In this document: positions 54,475 through 64,000 of the stretch, piece by piece | Position numbering within the stretch: the stretch's first letter is position 1 | How the letters are laid out: every line of letters begins with the position of its first letter | Origin: an uncultured Solibacteraceae bacterium | Lineage (GTDB): Bacteria > Acidobacteriota > Vicinamibacteria > Vicinamibacterales > SCN-69-37 | Length of the DNA: 64,000 nucleotides | Direction of reading: 5' to 3' | Assembly: GCA_964489685.1 (NCBI GenBank) | Contig: CAZAZR010000001.1 | Coordinates: 732 to 64,731, forward strand | Notes under the pieces: generated by a model | The model's database searches: none | What the model was told of the DNA's origin: nothing | Seen by the model: the letters and a program-made list of their open reading frames with translations, nothing else | Made by a program: the position numbers and the translations under genes

Positions 54475-55418
54475 GCGTCGAGGTCTTCCGGAGTCATCTC
54501 TCGATCGAGGCCGAGATCGTGCGTGCCTTGCTCGAGGCGCACGGGCTGGATGCCATCGTGTCGTCCAGACTTGCGCCCGGGTTGTTTCCGCTCCGTTTTG
54601 GAGGACAGGCCGCGTTCGGCGTGAGCGTGCGAGAGGAGCAGGCCGCGCGCGCGGAGTCGTTGATTGCGAGCCACCTCGACGAGGCGGCCGCGGTCGAAGT
54701 ACGGCGCCTCAGCGAAACCGTCGGCCCACTCGAAGAACGGATTGGCTATCACTTCCGCGACCTCGGACTGCTCGAACACGCCTTGACGCATCGGTCGCGC
54801 GCGCACGAGGACGCCTCGGGCGGCGTGGTGGACAACGAGTCGCTCGAGTTCCTGGGCGATGCCGTCCTCGGCTTTGTCATTGCCGACATGCTGTTCCAGC
54901 GGTTCCCGACGCACAGCGAGGGGTACAAATCAAAGATCAAGGCGTCGATTGTCTCGACCGTCTCGTTGGCGAAACTGGCCGCCGGCATCGACCTGGGGCG
55001 CTATGTGCTGCTGGGCCGCGGGGAGGAAAAGACCGGCGGCCGTTCGAAGAATGCGATTCTGGCAGACAGCTTTGAAGCGTTGCTGGCGGCGGTGTATCTG
55101 GACGGCGGTGTAGATGCGGCGCGCGGGTTCATCATGTCGTGTTTTGGTCCGCTCATCGATTCGGGCGGCGACAAGGTGGCCGAGGCGTCGTTCACAAACG
55201 ACTGGAAGTCGGAGTTGCAGGAGTGGCTGCAGGCCGCCGGGCGCGGGTTGCCGGAGTATCAGTTGACGGCGACCGAGGGCCCCGACCATCGGCGCAGATT
55301 CAATGTGGACGTGTTGGTTGGCGGCGTCTCCGCGGGCAACGCTCAGGGACGATCCAAGAAAGAAGCCGAACAACAAGCCGCGAAAGCTGCGCTCGCACGG
55401 TTCAGGTCTCCAGTGTGA
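54471..55418 (+). CDS. rnc: Ribonuclease III with ~85-aa N-terminal DUF2007-like extension
   Basis: RNase III signature NESLEFLGDAVLGFVIADMLF, and the C-terminal dsRBD (KSELQEWLQA...KKEAEQQAAKAAL). N-terminus VEVFRSHLSIEAEIVRALLEAHGLDAIV...VSVREEQAARAESLI. GTGA overlap with the upstream gene. Confidence 0.9.
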   Translation: MSVEVFRSHLSIEAEIVRALLEAHGLDAIVSSRLAPGLFPLRFGGQAAFGVSVREEQAARAESLIASHLDEAAAVEVRRLSETVGPLEERIGYHFRDLGLLEHALTHRSRAHEDASGGVVDNESLEFLGDAVLGFVIADMLFQRFPTHSEGYKSKIKASIVSTVSLAKLAAGIDLGRYVLLGRGEEKTGGRSKNAILADSFEALLAAVYLDGGVDAARGFIMSCFGPLIDSGGDKVAEASFTNDWKSELQEWLQAAGRGLPEYQLTATEGPDHRRRFNVDVLVGGVSAGNAQGRSKKEAEQQAAKAALARFRSPV

Positions 55419-55420
55419 GA

Positions 55421-56580
55421 CTAGTCGATTTCGATGATGCCGGATGGGTCGTGGCCGCGGGCGTCGGCGCCGGCGGCGACCGGTGTCGGCGCAGGCGGCG
55501 ACGTCTCGGTCGGCATGCAGAGGACAGCCCATGCCGCCACTTCGGCGGCGATGATGGCCGGTGTTGGCGGCGTGGCACCGCCGTAGAGGCGAATGTGCAA
55601 CCGCATGAGCGGATCGTCGAAGACGTAGCGCTTCCGCTGCATCGTGACCAGGTCCACGTCTTCGAGCCACGAGAGATAGTCCTTGGTCGACCCCGGCGTG
55701 CGGTGCAACCGCTGTGAGATCTCGGTCAGTGTGATGGCGTCCTGTTCGGCGAGCACACCGAGGATGGCCTTGAGTGCGCCATAGCCGCGCGCGCGATGCA
55801 GGCGGAATTCATAACTTTCGCGGCAGCGCGCCGACAGTGGGCCGTCCGGACTCATGGCGGTGGCGAGCGCATCGATCGGACGCCGGCGCGCCGCCGGCTG
55901 CGCCAGGACCGCCGTCAGCAGCGTGTTCGCCGGTGCCGCCCGGTGCCCGCCGAGTGCCGCAATCGCCGCAGCCTGCGCGGGTGTGATCGCGTCGGCCGCA
56001 TTGCGCTGCCGCGCCAGCCCCCGCACATCGTCGCCCCCGAACTGCGGGATGTGGATGACCTCGAAACGCGCATCGGCGTCGCGCAGCAGCCGGTGCGCGC
56101 GGGCGGTGAAACGCGACGCGAGAACGAAGCCATTGGGACTGGCCGCGAGTCGGTCGATCAACTCGCGCTGGACGTGGCGAAGTCCGGGGAAACTCTCGAA
56201 CGTGCGGATGTCGAGGATCTCATCGAAGAGAAATGTGACCGGGCCGTTGCTCGGCGCGCTGGCCGTATCAAGGTAGGTGAGCAATGCGTCGAAGGCCAAT
56301 CGGGCGTTCGGCGGCACCGGCACCGGCCCCGGCATCGGTCCCGGTCCCGGCGCGGTCGCGGCCTCAGTGGACGCGGCGGCCAGTACGGATTGCAGGCACC
56401 GCTCGGGTGTGGTGGCTGCGGCGGCGAAGTCGATGTACACCGCGCGCCCGGCGCCAATCAGCGAGGACAGCCGCAACAACGCCGACGTGCGCCCCGTTCC
56501 ACACCCGCCCAGCAGGACAGGAATTCGGCCGGCGTCGAGCGCCTGCAGCACACGCTGTTCGAGGGCCGGCCGCTCGACGA

Positions 56581-56584
<4 letters not shown>
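55421..56584 (-). CDS. AAA-type ATPase-like protein with C-terminal winged-helix (Arch_ATPase/COG1672-like); Walker A Lys replaced by Arg
   Basis: [15 protein letters not shown] (GxxGxGR-T instead of GK-T), FLFDEILD (Walker B), and C-terminal [30 protein letters not shown] (wHTH-like). The ATGA overlap (56581-56584) with hutU implies co-translation. Confidence 0.65.
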
Positions 56585-58260
<1,676 letters not shown>

Positions 58261-58340
58261 TACGTCATTGCGAACGGGTGTGCCGGTCGGGGAGTGGTCA
58301 CTCTAAAGAAGGATGGACGGCGAGTCAACGGTTGACAGAC

Positions 58341-59924
58341 TCAGGACAATTGAAGTGTGCACGCGCGCTCCAGGGTGCCATCGCAGATGAGCGCGCCGAT
58401 GGTCTGAATATCGGGCGCCGGCGCACGATCGACGGTCAACATCGGCACCACCGCGCGCACGGCGGCGTGTACGGCCTGTAACGGCGAGGCGGTCCTGAGC
58501 GGCGCCAGAAGATCGAGCGCCTGCGCGGCGGCCAGCACTTCGATCGCCAGAACGTGCGTGAGCAGATCGGCGATGCGCGCGGCTTTGAGCGCAGCGCCCA
58601 TGCTCATGCTCACGTGGTCTTCGCGGCCCGCCGACGTGGGGATGGTATCCACCGACGCGGGCGACGCCAGCGTCTTGATCTCGGCGGTCAGCGCGGCCGC
58701 CGTGACGTGTGCCATCATCAGTCCCGAATTGAGGCCGGAGTCGCGAATCAGAAATGCGGGCAGGCCGCTTTCGTGCGGCGTCATCATCCGGTCGGTGCGC
58801 CGTTCGCTGATCGTGGCGAGTTGGGCCAACCCGATGCAGAGCGTATCGGCAGCCAGGGCGACGGGCGCGCCATGGAAGTTGCCCCCAGACACAATGTCGC
58901 CCTCTTCGGCAAAGACCATCGGGTTGTCGGTGGCCGAGTTGGCTTCGATCGTGGCCAGGCGATGGGCAAACCCGATCGCCTCACGCGCCGAGCCATGCAC
59001 CTGCGGCGTACACCGCAGCGCGTAGGCGTCCTGCACTTTGCCGCAGTGGGCATGCGAGGCATTGATCGCACTGCCGTCAAGCAGTGCACGCACGTTGGCC
59101 GCCGCCGCGGCCTGGCCGGGCACCGGCCGCGCGTCGTGGATGCGACTGTCAAATGGCTTCAGTGATCCGCGCAGGGCATCGATGCTCATCGCTGCGGCAA
59201 TGTCGGCCGCGCGCGCCAGGCGCATCGCGCACTGTACGGCCAGGGCCAGCACACCGGTGCTGGCCTGTGTGCCATTGATGAGCGCCAGACCCTCTTTCGG
59301 GCCGAGGAGCACCGGGGCCAGGCCTGCGGCCTGGAGTGCTGGAAGAGAGGGGAACGGGTGTCGATCTGTGGAACACTCCCGGGCCTTCGCACCGTTCGTG
59401 GCCCCGGAGTGTTCCACAGATCGACACCCGTCCCCCTTCAAAACCTCTCCTTCGCCGATGAGGACCAGCGCGAGGTGGGCGAGGGGTGCGAGGTCGCCAC
59501 TGGCGCCCACCGACCCGCGCGACGGCACACGCGGGTGGACGCCGGCGTTGATGAGCGCGAGCAGCGCGTCGAGTGTCGAGAGCCGAATGCCCGAGCGTCC
59601 GCGCGCCAGCACATTCGCGCGCAGCACCATGACCGCGCGCACCTCGGCGACCGACAGCGGCGTGTCCACGCCCGCCGCATGGCTGCGGATCAGGTTCACC
59701 TGCAGGGCGGCGAGTTGGTCGGCCGGAATGACTACCTCGGCCAGCGCACCGAATCCCGTGTTGATGCCGTAGACCGGCTCAGGACGCGCAGCATGCGCAT
59801 CCACCACCGCGCGCGCCGCAGTGACGCGCACTGCCGCTTCGGGTGCCAGCCCGACCCGAACACGGTCCGAGGCCACGCGTTGCAGATCGTCAAGAGTGAG
59901 GGAGTGACCGTCGAGGAGAACCAT
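58341..59924 (-). CDS. hutH: Histidine ammonia-lyase carrying a 29-codon in-frame palindromic-element insertion
   Basis: GSVGASGDLAPLAH (MIO-forming Ala-Ser-Gly), KEGLALINGTQ, QDAYALRC. The inserted segment GDGCRSVEHSGATNGAKARECSTDRHPFP is encoded by the repeat at 59349-59435. Confidence 0.9.
   Translation of the reverse strand: MVLLDGHSLTLDDLQRVASDRVRVGLAPEAAVRVTAARAVVDAHAARPEPVYGINTGFGALAEVVIPADQLAALQVNLIRSHAAGVDTPLSVAEVRAVMVLRANVLARGRSGIRLSTLDALLALINAGVHPRVPSRGSVGASGDLAPLAHLALVLIGEGEVLKGDGCRSVEHSGATNGAKARECSTDRHPFPSLPALQAAGLAPVLLGPKEGLALINGTQASTGVLALAVQCAMRLARAADIAAAMSIDALRGSLKPFDSRIHDARPVPGQAAAAANVRALLDGSAINASHAHCGKVQDAYALRCTPQVHGSAREAIGFAHRLATIEANSATDNPMVFAEEGDIVSGGNFHGAPVALAADTLCIGLAQLATISERRTDRMMTPHESGLPAFLIRDSGLNSGLMMAHVTAAALTAEIKTLASPASVDTIPTSAGREDHVSMSMGAALKAARIADLLTHVLAIEVLAAAQALDLLAPLRTASPLQAVHAAVRAVVPMLTVDRAPAPDIQTIGALICDGTLERACTLQLS
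59349..59435. repeat. 87-nt palindromic (hairpin) repeat element, intragenic copy within hutH
   Basis: Arms ggggaacgggtgtcgatctgtggaacactcccgggc (59349-59384) and gccccggagtgttccacagatcgacacccgtcccc (59401-59435), with a 16-nt loop. The arms share the ggggacgggtgt.gatctgtgg.aa.actcc.ggg core with the 32362-32445 copy. Confidence 0.85.
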
Positions 59925-59938
59925 GGGACTGAGATTGA

Positions 59939-61692
<1,754 letters not shown>

Positions 61693-61727
61693 CTTCGATT
61701 CACTCTCCTGATAGCATCAACTATACC

Positions 61728-62444
61728 GTGCCCGTCCTCCTCTGCGACCTCGACGACACGCTCTTTGACCATGAACGGGCCACCCGCGACGCACTTGATA
61801 ATCTGCGCGGCGGCTATCAGGTTTTGACCCGGTGGTCACTGGATGAACTCGATAGTCGACACCGAGTGCTGCTCGAGTCCATTCACATCGATGTGCTCAA
61901 CGGCCGACTATCGATCGAGGACGCGCGGCGGGAGCGATTCGGGCGACTGCTGGCCCAGGCCGGCGTGGAAGACCGCGCGGCGACCGAGGCAATTGCGGGC
62001 GCGTACCGCGAGGCCTACGCCTCGAAGTGGCAGCCGGTGCCTGGCGCGATCGAGTTCCTGTGTGCCGTGCGCGCGGCGGGGTATGCCATCGTGATCGTCA
62101 CAAACAACGGGGTGGCCGAGCAGCAGCTGAAGCTCGTGCGGTGCGGATTTGATGGTCTCGTCGACGCGATGGTGACCTCTGAAGAAGCCGGTGTGAGTAA
62201 ACCCGGCCGGGGCATCTTTGCACAGGCGTTGGCGCGCGTCGGGTCGACGTCGGGTGAGGCGGTGATGCTCGGCGACGCGTGGGTCGCCGACATCGAAGGC
62301 GCACGGGCCATCGGTGTGGCACCGGTGTGGTTCAATCGCGCGGGGCGGCCGAGCCCGGATCCGACCGTGGCGGAACTGGCGTCGCTCGCACCGGCCGCGG
62401 ACGCCGTGGCGATCGTCACGCGCGCGGGCGTTCGGTCAGCGTGA
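61728..62444 (+). CDS. HAD-superfamily hydrolase (subfamily IA-like)
   Basis: LLCDLDDTLFDH (DxD motif I), VIVTNNG, SKPGRGIF, LGDAWVADIEGA. Confidence 0.8.
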   Translation: MPVLLCDLDDTLFDHERATRDALDNLRGGYQVLTRWSLDELDSRHRVLLESIHIDVLNGRLSIEDARRERFGRLLAQAGVEDRAATEAIAGAYREAYASKWQPVPGAIEFLCAVRAAGYAIVIVTNNGVAEQQLKLVRCGFDGLVDAMVTSEEAGVSKPGRGIFAQALARVGSTSGEAVMLGDAWVADIEGARAIGVAPVWFNRAGRPSPDPTVAELASLAPAADAVAIVTRAGVRSA

Positions 62445-63290
62445 CCGGCCCCGGTTCGCGGTTGCCAACCCAATGCCGACGACCACAAGTACCATCGACG
62501 CGCCGAGCCGCCAGGTCAGTCGCTCGTGGAGCAAGAGCGTCGCCCCCAGCGCCGTCAGCACTGGTACTGACAGTTGGATTGTAGCGGCGCGCCAGACGGG
62601 AAGACGTGGGAGCACCGCATACCAGGCGGCGTACGCCAGGCCGGACGCGAGCGCGCCGGAGGCCGCGGCCAGCGCCAGGCCGGTGGCTGTGTAGGGGCCT
62701 GTCATCCCGATCGGCATGGCGATCACCACCCCGATGGCGGCGGCACGCAGGAAGTTGTCGGCGGTGACCGCGAGCGGATCGGTGGCGCCGCGGCCGGCCA
62801 GCGAATAGGCGCCCCAGCACGCACCGGCTCCGGCCATCAGGACCGCGCCCGCCGGGTCGGGCGCACTCAGGCCAGGCAGGGTCAGGACCAGGAAGCCAAC
62901 CAGGGAGAGCGCGACGCCAATCCCGTGCCGCGGCGACAACGTTTCGCCGCGCGCGAGGGCGGCGGCGAACATGGTGAGTTGGACGCTGCCAAAGAGCAGG
63001 AGCGCGCCCGGTGCCGCGTCAATGCGAACATACGCGAGGGTAAAGAGCACGGCGTAGCCGGCGAGCCACAGGCTCATGAGCCATGAGCCGCGCCCGGAAA
63101 CGGAACACGACCTCTGAGGTCGTGTTGTTTGCGCCGCAACCAGGATCGCCAGCATGATGGCGCCGGTGACCAACCGCACCACCATGAACGTCCACGCGTC
63201 AAGGTGATGGCCGCGGATGGCGGCGCGTGTCATCAGGGAGTTGGCCGCGAAGCCGAACAGTGCGAAGGTGGTGAGTGTCAGCAGGCGCAA
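62436..63290 (-). CDS. EamA/DMT family transporter
   Basis: Ten hydrophobic segments in two homologous halves; FAANSLMTRAA ... and WGAYSLAGR are typical EamA repeats. Confidence 0.8.
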   Translation of the reverse strand: MRLLTLTTFALFGFAANSLMTRAAIRGHHLDAWTFMVVRLVTGAIMLAILVAAQTTRPQRSCSVSGRGSWLMSLWLAGYAVLFTLAYVRIDAAPGALLLFGSVQLTMFAAALARGETLSPRHGIGVALSLVGFLVLTLPGLSAPDPAGAVLMAGAGACWGAYSLAGRGATDPLAVTADNFLRAAAIGVVIAMPIGMTGPYTATGLALAAASGALASGLAYAAWYAVLPRLPVWRAATIQLSVPVLTALGATLLLHERLTWRLGASMVLVVVGIGLATANRGRSR

Positions 63291-63419
63291 AGCAGGCCAA
63301 GCTTAGACCGAGTTTTCCCAGAGTTAACATGGGCGTGGCCGACCTGAAACATTGGCGTCGCATGGTTGACGGGCAAGTAACTGCGCCATGACGCCGCAGT
63401 AACGACAAAGGGGACGGGC

Positions 63420-64000
63420 ATGAGACGACAGATACTGGGCCTGCTGTTGGTGGTGGCGCTGCCGGGTACGGCCGCAGGGCAGACGCCCGCGCCACAGGCA
63501 TCCACACCCGCCGCGGCGCCGGCGTCGGCGCCGGCCATTCGCGTGGGCGCCACGATCTTCGCCGACTACATGTGGACCGACCTCCCCAAGACCACTGACG
63601 CCAACGGGGCGCAGGTCAGCCTCAGTGCCTTTAACCTGACGCGGTCGTACATCAACCTGACGGGCAACGTCAGCGCACGCATCGCGTTCCGCATCACGCC
63701 CGACATCGTCAGGAACACGGACGCCGGCAGTACGTCGGGCAACCTCCTGTTCCGGATCAAGTACGCCTACGCGCAGATGCGAGCCGGTGACGACGCGATC
63801 ATCCGCCTCGGGGTGCAACCGACGCCGATGATCGACGGCCAGGAAGGCGTGTATCGCTATCGCTTCCAGGGCACCTCGTTCGTCGAGCGCGAGGCGGGGC
63901 TGTCGTCGTCAGATGTGGGGCTGACGGTGCTCACGCCGCTGCCGAAGGGGTACGGCGACGTGCATGTGGGGCTCTATAACGGGGAAGGGTACACGCGGAG
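63420..64000 (+). CDS. Putative outer-membrane porin-like protein (3' end beyond window)
   Basis: Not in track because it runs off the edge. Own translation from ATG 63420: MRRQILGLLLVVALPGTAAGQTPAPQ...IRVGATIFADYMWTDLPKTTDANG...FNLTRSYINLTGNVSARIAFRITPDI...FRIKYAYAQM. It shows a signal peptide and an amphipathic beta pattern. Confidence 0.6.
   Translation, partial: MRRQILGLLLVVALPGTAAGQTPAPQASTPAAAPASAPAIRVGATIFADYMWTDLPKTTDANGAQVSLSAFNLTRSYINLTGNVSARIAFRITPDIVRNTDAGSTSGNLLFRIKYAYAQMRAGDDAIIRLGVQPTPMIDGQEGVYRYRFQGTSFVEREAGLSSSDVGLTVLTPLPKGYGDVHVGLYNGEGYTR

Overview
This is a 64-kb, high-GC bacterial chromosome segment from a diderm organism, as shown by Omp85-type barrels, GT9 and KpsC/KpsS-like enzymes and several outer-membrane proteins. 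The gene content suggests a soil Acidobacteriota- or Gemmatimonadota-like genome, but the taxon cannot be fixed from the sequence alone. All family calls rest on motifs I read in the supplied translations or in my own translations. No BLAST or HMM search could be run.

Layout:
- (i) 1-20.6 kb is a large glycan-biosynthesis locus. It holds a tightly overlapping minus-strand operon for a CMP-activated nonulosonic/ulosonic acid (SAF-less NeuB-like synthase, KdsC-type phosphatase, cytidylyltransferase, extra redox/TIM-barrel enzymes, GDP-mannose-3,5-epimerase-like SDR). It also holds GT2/GT9 transferases, two tandem KpsC/KpsS-like paralogs, an MsbA-like ABC exporter, and a clearly A/T-richer two-domain glycosyltransferase.
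- (ii) 20.9-24.2 kb is a run of gene remnants: an ABC exporter fused by deletion to a sulfatase C-terminus, a frameshifted methyltransferase, a short hexapeptide acetyltransferase and a DUF4143 fragment.
- (iii) 24.3-26.9 kb carries the carbamoyltransferase/SxtJ/DUF5989 triad.
- (iv) 26.9-36.4 kb is core metabolism: sdhCAB divergent from sucCD-korAB, then ndk and dcd.
- (v) 36.4-49 kb is an accessory stretch. It contains a C39-like cysteine peptidase fused to TPR-POTRA-Omp85 with a small Gly-Gly-containing anchored partner, and an initiator tRNA-fMet. About 88-bp direct repeats bracket an HPr-kinase-like plus PF14907-type nucleotidyltransferase cassette. A 60-aa ORF carries a textbook double-glycine leader, followed by secreted and outer-membrane proteins.
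- (vi) 49.8-64 kb is housekeeping: GT2, ftsB, a PLP transsulfuration enzyme, a SpoIIE phosphatase, rnc, hutUH, purA, bacilliredoxin, a HAD hydrolase, an EamA transporter and a porin-like protein.

Most notable observations:
- An 84-87-nt palindromic repeat family has one copy inserted exactly in-frame (29 codons) inside hutH.
- The C39-Omp85 fusion, its Gly-Gly partner and the nearby double-glycine peptide form a candidate uncharacterised processing/export system.
- A repeat-bounded kinase/nucleotidyltransferase cassette sits next to the tRNA.

Many long ORFs in the track are antisense shadow ORFs typical of high-GC DNA and were rejected.
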